Source: Sphingomonadaceae bacterium
Lineage (GTDB): Bacteria; Pseudomonadota; Alphaproteobacteria; Sphingomonadales; Sphingomonadaceae
Direction: 5' to 3'
Length of the DNA stretch: 64,000 nucleotides
Assembly: GCA_009926135.1 (NCBI GenBank)
Contig: RFPL01000002.1
Span: forward strand, 251,285 to 315,284
The translations under genes were made by a program, and so were the position numbers. Below the pieces are notes generated by a model that saw only the letters and a program-made list of their open reading frames with translations, searched no databases and was not told the origin of the DNA. This document shows, piece by piece, positions 8,951 to 17,622 of this stretch; position 1 is the stretch's first letter, and every line of letters starts with the position of its first letter.

Positions 8951-9151
8951 TGCATGGTCCCCTTGTTGCTGCTGCGGTCAAGCGTGCTTAACCGCTTGGT
9001 GGCGGTCACTAGGATCGAGTGACGAAGAGGCTGTTTTACGTGAACTAGGCAGACCTACGCAGGCGCGGTTCATGCTTTCCCCGACAGTATTGGATAGCCG
9101 CCGGCGGCAACGGCAGCCGCGCTGGAACGCGGCAATGGGGAGCAAACGAAC

Positions 9152-10189
9152 ATGCACGATGCCCGGGTACTGGTGGTCGACGATTCAGCAGCAATGCGCG
9201 CACTATTTTGCGATGTGCTTGAACAGGCGAAAAACGTTCGCGTGGTCGGGACTGCCGCCAGTGCCGCCGAGGCTCGCGACAAGATCGAGGAGCTGCTGCC
9301 CAATGTCTTGACGCTCGACGTCGAGATGCCGGGCATGAGCGGAATTGACTTCCTGGAAGAGATCATGACGCACAAGCCGATCCCGGTGATCATGCTTTCA
9401 AGCCTGACACAGAGCGGCACGGAGACTTCGCTAAGGGCCTATGAACTTGGCGCGGTCGAGTGCTTCCCCAAACCGCTCAAGGCGACCCCCGAACAGTTCG
9501 CCAAGACCGTCGGCAAGCTCGGCAAGATCGTCGTGGCTGCCGCCAATGCCAACGTCCGAGAGCGCGGCGGGGCCCGCCAACGCGAGCCCAAGCCGGATGC
9601 CGAGGCACCGTTCACCTGGAACGGTCACTATGTCGCAATGAGTGCCTCGATGGGCGGGATCGATGCATTGACCAAACTGCTGGCCGACTATCCGTCGCGC
9701 TGCCCGCCGACGGTTATCGTCCTGAACACCGATCCGGCCCTTGCGGAGGCTTTTATCGCGCGGATGGACGCCGATGCACGCTGCTCGATCAAGGCTGCCC
9801 GCGATGGTGCAGCCCTCACCCCGGGCACTGTCTTCATTGCCGCCGATCCCAACCATCACGTTGTCCTTGAAGCTGGCCAACCGGCCAAGCTGCGTCTGGT
9901 TGCGCGCGATCCGGTCGATGGGGCACGGCCTTCCGCAACGCTGCTCTTCGCCTCGCTGGCGCGGGCGGAGGTTCCGGCGGTGGGCGCCGTGCTTACCGGC
10001 ACCGGCTTGGACGGCGCCAAGGGTTTGAAGCTGATGCGCGATGCAAGCTGCGATACCTTTGCCCAGTCCCTGGCCTCCGCCACTGTCCCGGAAGCCCCGC
10101 AGGCAGCGATCGAAGCAGGCGCAGTCCAGCGCGAAATCGCGCTTGAGGAGATGTGTGCCGAAGTGTTGAAGTGCTGCAACGTCGGTTGA
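9152..10189 (+). CDS. CheB-like response regulator with degenerate methylesterase domain (catalytic His replaced)
   Basis: REC motifs intact (VLVVDDSAAMR, TLDVEMPGMSG, CFPKP). In the esterase domain SASMGG and TGTGLDG are kept, but VIVLNTD stands where cheB has LIVQHVN (Asn192, nt 9725-9727). Confidence 0.85.
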   Translation: MHDARVLVVDDSAAMRALFCDVLEQAKNVRVVGTAASAAEARDKIEELLPNVLTLDVEMPGMSGIDFLEEIMTHKPIPVIMLSSLTQSGTETSLRAYELGAVECFPKPLKATPEQFAKTVGKLGKIVVAAANANVRERGGARQREPKPDAEAPFTWNGHYVAMSASMGGIDALTKLLADYPSRCPPTVIVLNTDPALAEAFIARMDADARCSIKAARDGAALTPGTVFIAADPNHHVVLEAGQPAKLRLVARDPVDGARPSATLLFASLARAEVPAVGAVLTGTGLDGAKGLKLMRDASCDTFAQSLASATVPEAPQAAIEAGAVQREIALEEMCAEVLKCCNVG

Positions 10190-10329
10190 CGCCAAAAGGC
10201 CAGCAGGCCCGCCCGTTACGGTAATGCCCTCAGGCGTCAGCTGACCTGCGGTAACTCGGGATTGACGCTCTGTTTTCCCGTGGCATGATGCATTGCAAAG
10301 CAAAACCGAATTGGGAAGCGGAGGGGATT

Positions 10330-12225
10330 ATGCGGCGCAAGATCACGCTAGCAGCATTGCTGCTGGGAACTACCGGGCTGGTTGCGGGATGCGATCAGAT
10401 CAAGCACGCGGTTGGGGGGGCCGAGGTTGCGGTCAAGGAAACCGAATATCCGGAGAAGGTCCTGTGGGGCGACACGCATCTGCACACCGCCAATTCGGTC
10501 GATGCCTTCGGCTTTGGTGTACGGCTCAGTCCGGAGGATGCTTTGCGCTTTGCGCGGGGTGAGGAAGTTACCTCTACCACCGGACTTAAAGCCAAGCTCC
10601 CTCGCCCGCTGGATTTTCTCGTCGTCACCGATCACGCAGAAGGCCTGGGCGCAACCAAGGCGCTCTACGATGCGCCGCGCCTGCTCATCACCGATCCCCG
10701 GATGCGCCGCTGGTACGACATGATGCATGAAGGGCCTGCAGGCTCGCAGCGTGCCATGGCCGAGCTACTCGATGCGCGCGGCCGCAATGATCTGCCCGAA
10801 GCGATGCTGAACGCCGGCGATGCAGCGGAGCGGACCAAATCGGTCTGGAAGTCGAACATGGAGACGGTGGAGGATTACAACGAACCGGGTAAGTTCACTG
10901 CCTTCCACGGCTTCGAATACACCCTGATGCAGGGCGGCAACAACTTGCACCGAAATGTCATCTTCCGCGACGGCGCGGACAAGGTCGGCACGGTTGCCCC
11001 GATCGACCCGACCTACAAAGCCACTCCGGACGAGATCTGGAACTATATGGAAGCCTACGAAAAGGCGACTGGCGGGCGGGTGCTGGCAATCCCGCACAAT
11101 TCGAACCTGTCCAACGGCCTGATGTTTGAGCTCACCCAGCCTGGCGGCGGCCCCATGACCGCTGCCTATGCGAAGCGCCGCGCCAAGCTTGAGCCGGTTG
11201 TCGAAATCACCCAGATCAAGGGCGACAGCGAAGCCCACCCCTTCCTTTCGCCGAACGACGAGTTTGCGGGCTTTGGCGTGGCCGGGTGGGAACTGACCAA
11301 CCTGCTTGGTAACCAGCCCAAGACGCCAGATATGTTTGCAGGCGAATACGTCCGCGAAGCCTTGAAGCGTGGCCTGCTGCTGGAAGCACAGATGGGGGTC
11401 AACCCCTACAAGTTCGGGGTGATTGGCTCGACAGACAGCCACACCGCGCTTTCCACGGCTGACGAAAACCAGTTCTTTGGCAAGCATTCAGGTAACGAAC
11501 CGAACCCCAACCGCGCAATGCAACCGCAGAACCTCGGCACCCGCAAGGGCCGCTTTGGCTGGCATTACCTGGCCAGCGGCTATGCCGCGGTGTGGGCCAA
11601 GGCCAACACCCGCGCCGCCATCTTTGATGCGATGGAGCGGCGCGAAGTCTATGCCACCACCGGTCCGCGCATGACCGTGCGGTTCTTTGGCGGCTGGGAC
11701 TTCAAGGCCGACGATCTGAAGGGCAACTGGGTCCAGGCTGGCTACAAGCGCGGCGTGCCGATGGGCGGGGAATTGTCTGGCAGCAAGCAGGGCAGGCCCA
11801 GTTTCATCGTCTCGGCACTGAAAGATCCGATCGGCGCCAATCTGGACCGCGTCCAGGTGGTCAAAGGCTGGGTCGACAAGGCCGGCAAGGCCCAGGAAAA
11901 GGTCTTCGATGTGGTGTGGAGCGATCCTGCCAAGCGCAAGGCAACCAGCGGCAAGGTGCCGGCAGTGGGCGATACGGTCGATGTCGCCACCGCAACCTAC
12001 AAGAACACCATCGGGGCGCCCACTCTGGCCACGGTCTGGACCGATCCCGAATTCGATCCCTCGGTGCGCGCGTTCTATTACCTGCGCGTGATAGAAATCC
12101 CGACCCCCAGCTGGCCGGCCTATGATGCGGTTCGCTACAAGCTGAAGCTCACCCCGGAAGTGCGGGTCAAGCAGCAGGAGCGGGCCTATACCTCGGCGAT
12201 CTGGTATAACCCCGCCAAGTCATAG
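10330..12225 (+). CDS. DUF3604-like PHP-superfamily metallo-phosphoesterase lipoprotein
   Basis: GGAGGGG precedes ATG 10330. Lipobox LVAGC with Asp at +2. His/Asp-rich motifs GDTHLHT, VVTDHAEG, FHGFEYT, IPHNSN, GSTDSHT. Family name is recalled from memory. Confidence 0.75.
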   Translation: MRRKITLAALLLGTTGLVAGCDQIKHAVGGAEVAVKETEYPEKVLWGDTHLHTANSVDAFGFGVRLSPEDALRFARGEEVTSTTGLKAKLPRPLDFLVVTDHAEGLGATKALYDAPRLLITDPRMRRWYDMMHEGPAGSQRAMAELLDARGRNDLPEAMLNAGDAAERTKSVWKSNMETVEDYNEPGKFTAFHGFEYTLMQGGNNLHRNVIFRDGADKVGTVAPIDPTYKATPDEIWNYMEAYEKATGGRVLAIPHNSNLSNGLMFELTQPGGGPMTAAYAKRRAKLEPVVEITQIKGDSEAHPFLSPNDEFAGFGVAGWELTNLLGNQPKTPDMFAGEYVREALKRGLLLEAQMGVNPYKFGVIGSTDSHTALSTADENQFFGKHSGNEPNPNRAMQPQNLGTRKGRFGWHYLASGYAAVWAKANTRAAIFDAMERREVYATTGPRMTVRFFGGWDFKADDLKGNWVQAGYKRGVPMGGELSGSKQGRPSFIVSALKDPIGANLDRVQVVKGWVDKAGKAQEKVFDVVWSDPAKRKATSGKVPAVGDTVDVATATYKNTIGAPTLATVWTDPEFDPSVRAFYYLRVIEIPTPSWPAYDAVRYKLKLTPEVRVKQQERAYTSAIWYNPAKS

Positions 12226-12234
12226 GACGTTTTC

Positions 12235-13071
12235 ATGATCGCCTGGCGCAATCGCGCGGCAGCCTTGCTGCGCGAACCTCTCGTGCACTTCCTTGCCGCA
12301 GGTGCGCTGATTTTCGTTGTCCTGTCGGGCCGTGCGCCAGATGCGGGTGAGCGGCGGATCGTGGTTGACGAGCCCGTGGTTACGGGGCTCGTCAACAACT
12401 ATGTCCAGTCTTTCCGACGCCCGCCATCCGATGAGGAACTGGACGGCCTGATCCGAGACTACGTGCGCGGCGAGGTTTATTACCGGGAAGCTCTGCGCCT
12501 CGGCCTCGACCGCGACGACGACGTGGTCAAGAAGCGCCTGCGCAACAAGATGCTGGCGATCGCAACGGCGGAAGCAGAAGCGGCGGAGCCCAGCGATGCG
12601 GACTTGCAGGCGCTGCTCGACAAGGATCCGGGCCGTTATGCGCAGCCGCCGCGATATACCCTGGAGCAGCGTTATCTGGGGCCGGATAGTCCTGCGCTGC
12701 GGGCATCGGCGCAAACCGCCCTGGCTGCACTCAAGCCCGGCGCTGCGCCGGCCGTGCCGACCCAGCCGATACCCCTGCCTGGCCGGCTCGATTCCACCAC
12801 GGCATTCGACATTGCCAGCGAGTTTGGCGATGATTTTGCGGCTGCGCTGGAGAAGGCACCCGTCGGGCGGTGGAGCGGTCCGGTCCTTTCTGGTTTCGGC
12901 TTGCACCTGGTGAAGATCGAACGCCGCGAAGTTCCTCCACCCCCTAGGCTGTCGGATATCCGCCAGCGGCTGGAAAATGACTGGCGCAGCATCGCTGTGC
13001 GCAAGGCTGAGGACGATAATCTCAACGCCTTGCTGAAGGGCTATGACGTCGTGATCGCGCGGCCGCAGTGA
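12235..13071 (+). CDS. Membrane-anchored PpiC-type (parvulin-like) rotamase-domain protein
   Basis: N-terminal TM LVHFLAAGALIFVVL. C-terminal WSGPVLSGFGLHLVKIERRE resembles a rotamase domain. Starts 10 nt after the previous stop. Confidence 0.7.
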   Translation: MIAWRNRAAALLREPLVHFLAAGALIFVVLSGRAPDAGERRIVVDEPVVTGLVNNYVQSFRRPPSDEELDGLIRDYVRGEVYYREALRLGLDRDDDVVKKRLRNKMLAIATAEAEAAEPSDADLQALLDKDPGRYAQPPRYTLEQRYLGPDSPALRASAQTALAALKPGAAPAVPTQPIPLPGRLDSTTAFDIASEFGDDFAAALEKAPVGRWSGPVLSGFGLHLVKIERREVPPPPRLSDIRQRLENDWRSIAVRKAEDDNLNALLKGYDVVIARPQ

Positions 13072-14051
13072 TCCGCTTGCTGCGCCTGTTCCTGGGACTA
13101 TTCCTGCTGGCGGCAACCGGGCCGGTCCGAGCCGACGAGCTCCGTCCTGGTTACATCGAGTTGACCCAGCAGACCCAAAGCGAATGGAAGCTGGTCTGGA
13201 AGGCGCCGATCCTCGGCGGGCTGGCAACCCGGGCGCGGCCATTGGTGCCGGACTTCTGCCAGCTGAAGCTCGATCCGCCACGCCTTTCCGGTCCCGCCGT
13301 GGTGGCAACCGGCAAAGTAGTCTGCACCCGCTCGCTCGACGGGGCTACTGTTGGCCTGACTGGCATGGAGCCAGGCTCTACGGACGCCCTGCTGCGCGTG
13401 GCACCGCTAGGCCGCCCCGTGCAGACTGAACGGCTCACGCCGGGCAATAGCAGCTTCATGGTCAGCGCCGTACCGGATAGCTGGCAGGTGGCTCAGACCT
13501 ATTTCGTGATCGGGGTCGAGCATATCATCGGCGGGTTCGATCACCTTCTCTTCGTGATTGCGCTGGTCTTGCTGCTGCAACACGGCTGGTCGGTGATTAA
13601 GGCGGCGACGGCCTTTACCCTTGCCCACTCGATCACTTTGGCTGGCACAACGCTGGGCCTGTTTGGGCTGCCGCAGGCGCCGGTCGAGGCCAGCATTGCC
13701 CTTTCGATCGTTTTCCTGGCGGTAGAGATCATCAAAGTACGGCCCGGCGAGCCGCGCCTGTCGGAGCGAATGCCCTGGGTGGTCGCCTTCCTGTTCGGCC
13801 TGCTGCACGGGTTTGGCTTTGCAGGCGCCTTGCGTGAAATCGGGCTGCCTGAGACAGATGTGCCGATGGCATTGCTGACCTTCAATCTAGGCGTCGAAGT
13901 CGGCCAAATGCTGATTATCGCGGCAACCGCGGCGGTGCTGGTCGCCCTTGCCCGCTTTGCTCCAAGCGCGCGGCGGCCGGCCGTGATCGCCTCCACCTAC
14001 CTGATCGGCGCGGTTGCCAGCTTCTGGTTTATCGAACGGCTCTGGGCATGA
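13068..14051 (+). CDS. HupE/UreJ-type membrane protein with N-terminal periplasmic domain
   Basis: Signal peptide, then a soluble region of about 140 aa, then GVEHIIGGFDHLLFVIALVLLL and LAHSITLAG, typical of the HupE_UreJ_2 type. GTG start overlaps the upstream stop (GTGA). Confidence 0.8.
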   Translation: MIRLLRLFLGLFLLAATGPVRADELRPGYIELTQQTQSEWKLVWKAPILGGLATRARPLVPDFCQLKLDPPRLSGPAVVATGKVVCTRSLDGATVGLTGMEPGSTDALLRVAPLGRPVQTERLTPGNSSFMVSAVPDSWQVAQTYFVIGVEHIIGGFDHLLFVIALVLLLQHGWSVIKAATAFTLAHSITLAGTTLGLFGLPQAPVEASIALSIVFLAVEIIKVRPGEPRLSERMPWVVAFLFGLLHGFGFAGALREIGLPETDVPMALLTFNLGVEVGQMLIIAATAAVLVALARFAPSARRPAVIASTYLIGAVASFWFIERLWA

Positions 14052-15025
14052 GTACTGCGCCCCGGCTGGCCGGGCTGGACGCGCTGCGCGGGATTGCCGC
14101 CCTGCTGGTGATGGGCCTCCACGCCAACGCCGTGTTCGGCGGACTGGGGGCCTTCTCGAAAGGCTACCTCGGGGTTGATTTCTTCCTGATGCTGTCAGGG
14201 TTCCTGATGGCCCGCATCACCGAACCGCGGCTGGCCGCCGGACTGTCGCCGCAGCGCTTCATGGTGGCCCGTTACAAGCGTTTCTGGGGCATGGTGGCAC
14301 TGGGTTCGCTGATCGGCATCCCCTACCTGTGGATCCGCTCAGGCGGCCAGTGGTGGCCCTTCGTGCCAGCACTGTTCGCCAACTTCGCGCTGCTGCCTTG
14401 GCCGGTTGCCAACCTGCTGTTCGCACTCAACATCCCGGCCTGGACCATTTTTGCTGAACTGGTGGCGAATGGCGCCCATGTGTTTGCCCTGCGCCGCCTG
14501 AACAACCGGGCGCTAACGCTGCTGACAATCCTGCTCGGCGGCCTGGCGGTCTGGGTCGCGCTATCTTGGGGTTCGCTCGATGTCGGGGCGCGACCAGGCC
14601 ATGTCTGGGCAGCGATCCCGCGAGTGTTCTTCGCCTATTGCCTCGGAATTGCCTTGTGGCGCTGGCGGCAAGTGCGAGTGCTGGTACCCCTCCCCACCGC
14701 CCTGGTCCTCACCGCGATGCCGCTCGCCATCATGGGGAGCTGGTACGCAGACTGGCGCACCTGGCAATTCGATCTCGCATTTGTGATGGTGCTTTGCCCG
14801 CTGGTAATTTCGGCCGCCACTGCGATCACCCGTCAGACGCCGCTAGGTTGGCTCTCTGCTGCAATCTCGTTCCCGCTCTTCGCAATCCACCTGCCAATCC
14901 TTGAAGCGGTGCGCGAACTGGGCGGCAGCAAGGTGCAGGCGATCCCCCTCGCCCTCAGCGCCGCTCTCATAATCGTGTGGTGGACAAACCGCCGCGATGC
15001 CCGCAAGGCGCTGGCAAAGACTTGA
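14048..15025 (+). CDS. Acyltransferase family 3 integral membrane protein
   Basis: LDALRGIAALLVMGLHA...GYLGVDFFLMLSGFLMA is the acyltransferase_3 N-terminal signature. ATG overlaps the upstream stop (ATGA). Confidence 0.85.
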   Translation: MSTAPRLAGLDALRGIAALLVMGLHANAVFGGLGAFSKGYLGVDFFLMLSGFLMARITEPRLAAGLSPQRFMVARYKRFWGMVALGSLIGIPYLWIRSGGQWWPFVPALFANFALLPWPVANLLFALNIPAWTIFAELVANGAHVFALRRLNNRALTLLTILLGGLAVWVALSWGSLDVGARPGHVWAAIPRVFFAYCLGIALWRWRQVRVLVPLPTALVLTAMPLAIMGSWYADWRTWQFDLAFVMVLCPLVISAATAITRQTPLGWLSAAISFPLFAIHLPILEAVRELGGSKVQAIPLALSAALIIVWWTNRRDARKALAKT

Positions 15026-15036
15026 AGGAGACCCCG

Positions 15037-15843
15037 ATGGAACCCGCCGTCCTGTTCGACCTTGACGATGCTGGCATTGCTACGATCACACTGAACCGGC
15101 CTGAGATGCGCAACCCGATCTCTGGCGACGAGGTGGTTAGCGGCCTGTGCGATACCCTGGCAGCGATGGAGGCCAACCCCAAGGTCCGCGTTGCAATCCT
15201 GACCGGCGCGGGCAAAGCCTTCTCTTCAGGCGGGGACATCAACGCAATGAAGCCCGGTGGCGGCGGGCTCAATGCCGGACTGCCAGCGGGTACGCGCGGC
15301 AATTACAAGCGCGGCATCCAGCGCATCCCGCTTGCTTTCGCCGCGCTCGAAGTGCCGGTAATTGCGGCGGTAAATGGCCCCGCAATTGGCGCCGGCCTGG
15401 ACCTTGCCTGCATGTGTGACCTGCGGATCGCCAATGAAAGCGCCAAGTTCGCCGAAAGCTTCGTCAAGCTGGGGATCATCCCGGGCGATGGCGGGGCCTG
15501 GCTGCTCCAGCGGGTCGTCGGCTTTTCCAAGGCCGCTGAAATGTCGCTGACCGGCGACATGCTCGATGCTTCCGAAGCCTTGGCCTGCGGACTGGTTTCG
15601 CGCGTGGTTCCCGATGCGGACCTGCTGAGCGAAGCTCGTGCGCTGGCCGCAAAGATTGCCGCCAATCCGCCGCACGCTGTGCGCATGACCAAGCGCCTGC
15701 TGTGGGAAGCGCGCCGCGCCGACCTGGCGACGGTGCTGGAAATGTCAGCCGCCATGCAAGCCGTTGCCCACGCTACCGGCGATCACGAAGAAGCGGTCAA
15801 CGCCTTCCTTGAAAAGCGGAAACCTGTCTTCAAGGGCGACTGA
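15037..15843 (+). CDS. Enoyl-CoA hydratase/isomerase (crotonase) family protein
   Basis: ITLNRPEMRNP...GAGKAFSSGGDI...VIAAVNGPAIGAGLDLA. GAAGGAG precedes ATG 15037. Confidence 0.9.
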   Translation: MEPAVLFDLDDAGIATITLNRPEMRNPISGDEVVSGLCDTLAAMEANPKVRVAILTGAGKAFSSGGDINAMKPGGGGLNAGLPAGTRGNYKRGIQRIPLAFAALEVPVIAAVNGPAIGAGLDLACMCDLRIANESAKFAESFVKLGIIPGDGGAWLLQRVVGFSKAAEMSLTGDMLDASEALACGLVSRVVPDADLLSEARALAAKIAANPPHAVRMTKRLLWEARRADLATVLEMSAAMQAVAHATGDHEEAVNAFLEKRKPVFKGD

Positions 15844-15889
15844 ATCACATCGATGTGATTTTCGCCTGTTGCCTCACATTGTGATGTGA
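15843..15889. promoter_or_regulatory. Two AT-rich inverted repeats with TCACAT/ATGTGA arms in the 58-nt gap before the rib gene (operator-like)
   Basis: 18-bp perfect palindrome AATCACATCGATGTGATT (15843-15860). Second site TCACAT-TGTG-ATGTGA (15874-15889) ends 12 nt before ATG 15902. Confidence 0.35.
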
Positions 15890-15901
15890 TAAGCGATTCG
15901 C

Positions 15902-17203
15902 ATGTCTGCTGAACTCATCGATCGCGTCCGCCGCCTCATCACCGATGGCGGTATGTCCCGTGCTGGGCTTGCCCGCGCTGCCGGGCTCCATGCCAACACC
16001 CTGCGGGATTGCACCGAAGGGGACTGGAACCCCACTGCCGAGACGCTCCGCAAGCTCGAGCGCTTCCTGTGGGACAGCGATGACGAGCCCGTGCTCGTCC
16101 CGATCGAGGAAATCATCGCGGAAGCCCGCAACGGCCGAATGTTCATCCTGGTCGATGACGAAGATCGCGAGAACGAAGGTGATCTGGTCATCCCCGCCCA
16201 GATGGCGACGCCGGATGCGATCAACTTCATGGCCATGCACGGCCGCGGTCTGGTCTGCCTGACCATGACGCGGGAACGGACCGAGCAGCTCGGCCTCGAA
16301 CTGATGGCCCGCAACAACGGCACCCGGCATGAAACTGCCTTCACAGTCTCGATCGAGGCGCGCGAAGGGGTCACCACTGGGATCTCCGCCGGGGACCGCG
16401 CCCGCACCGTCGCCGTAGCGATCGATGCCAGCAAGGGCCGGCAGGATATAGTCACGCCAGGCCACGTCTTCCCGCTGATCGCGCGCGATGGCGGCGTGCT
16501 GGTGCGCGCTGGCCATACCGAAGCCTCGGTCGATATCTCGCGCCTCGCCGGCCTCAATCCCTCGGGCGTGATCTGCGAGATCATGAATGAGGACGGCACC
16601 ATGGCGCGGATGGATGACCTGATCCCCTTCGCCCGCAAGCACGGGCTGAAGATGGGCACGATCCGCGACCTGATCGCCTATCGCCGCAAGCATGACCACC
16701 TGGTTGAAAAGCGTGCAGAACTGCGCTTCCAGAGCCAGTGGGGCGGCGAATGGACGGCATACACCTTCTTCAACAAGGCCACCGAGGACGAGACGATGGC
16801 CCTGGTGAAGGGCCACATCACGGCGGACAAACCGACCCTGGTCCGGATGCACACCATGAGCATGTTCGTCGATGTTTTCGGCGAGACAAACGAACGCTCC
16901 GGGCTGCTTTCGCGCTCAATGGAAATCATTGCCGAGGAGGGCACCGGTGTGCTGGTGCTGATCAACAAGCGCATGCCCGGTATGGTCTCGCGGTTCATCG
17001 AACTGCGCCAGCAAGGCAAGACCGCTGGCACGCCCGAGGTCGAGCAACTGCGCGATTATGGCGTCGGCGCACAGATCCTGGCTGAACTGGGCGTCCATGA
17101 CATGATCCTTCTTACCAACACCCACCACACCCTTGCCGGGCTCGAAGGCTATGGCCTGTCGATCGTCGGGGAACGGGCCATCACCGGAACGGCAGGCGAA
17201 TAA
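15902..17203 (+). CDS. ribB: 3,4-dihydroxy-2-butanone-4-phosphate synthase with N-terminal HTH-like extension and degenerate GTP-cyclohydrolase-II-like C-domain
   Basis: DHBPS core [16 protein letters not shown]...[11 protein letters not shown]. Residues 1 to about 63 read like an XRE-type HTH. The C-domain aligns to RibA but lacks the Cys ligands ([21 protein letters not shown]). Confidence 0.9.
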   Translation: MSAELIDRVRRLITDGGMSRAGLARAAGLHANTLRDCTEGDWNPTAETLRKLERFLWDSDDEPVLVPIEEIIAEARNGRMFILVDDEDRENEGDLVIPAQMATPDAINFMAMHGRGLVCLTMTRERTEQLGLELMARNNGTRHETAFTVSIEAREGVTTGISAGDRARTVAVAIDASKGRQDIVTPGHVFPLIARDGGVLVRAGHTEASVDISRLAGLNPSGVICEIMNEDGTMARMDDLIPFARKHGLKMGTIRDLIAYRRKHDHLVEKRAELRFQSQWGGEWTAYTFFNKATEDETMALVKGHITADKPTLVRMHTMSMFVDVFGETNERSGLLSRSMEIIAEEGTGVLVLINKRMPGMVSRFIELRQQGKTAGTPEVEQLRDYGVGAQILAELGVHDMILLTNTHHTLAGLEGYGLSIVGERAITGTAGE

Positions 17204-17622
17204 TGGCGAAATTTCTTATCGTTGAAGCGCGCTTTTACGACCACCTCAACGATCAGCTGATCGCCGGGGCCAAGGCCGCGCTGAATGCCGCCGGGCATCA
17301 GGCTGACGTCATCACCGTACCCGGCGCGCTGGAAATCCCCGGCGCAATCTCGCTGGCCGATCAGGCCCAGATGTATGACGGCTATGTCGCGATCGGCGTG
17401 GTGATCCGCGGCGAAACCTATCACTTCGAGATCGTCGCTGGCGAATCCGCGCGCGGGATCATGGCGCTGACCATGGACGGCCTGGCCATCGGCAACGGCA
17501 TCCTGACGGTCGAGAACGAAGAGCAAGCCCTCGTCCGCGCCGATCCGGCCCAGAAGGACAAGGGCGGCGAGGCGGCCAAGGCCGCCATTGCCCTGCTTGC
17601 CCTGCGCGAGAAGTTCGCTTGA
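17203..17622 (+). CDS. ribH: 6,7-dimethyl-8-ribityllumazine synthase
   Basis: [16 protein letters not shown]...[11 protein letters not shown]...[12 protein letters not shown] overlaps the ribB stop by 1 nt (TAATG). Confidence 0.93.
   Translation: MAKFLIVEARFYDHLNDQLIAGAKAALNAAGHQADVITVPGALEIPGAISLADQAQMYDGYVAIGVVIRGETYHFEIVAGESARGIMALTMDGLAIGNGILTVENEEQALVRADPAQKDKGGEAAKAAIALLALREKFA

Noticed and set aside
9123-9138. TGGAAC...GCAATGG resembling a sigma-54 -24/-12 promoter before the pseudo-CheB gene
   Set aside because: With GG fixed at -24, the GC dinucleotide does not fall at the required -12 spacing.
10236-10245. 10-nt perfect palindrome GTCAGCTGAC after the pseudo-CheB gene
   Set aside because: It cannot form a loop, has no flanking stem or T-tract, and occurs once. 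It is too short to distinguish from chance.
15844-15901. Expected FMN riboswitch upstream of the rib genes
   Set aside because: The whole gap is 58 nt, far too short for an FMN element, and none of its conserved GC-rich helices are visible. The palindromes are treated as possible protein operators instead.
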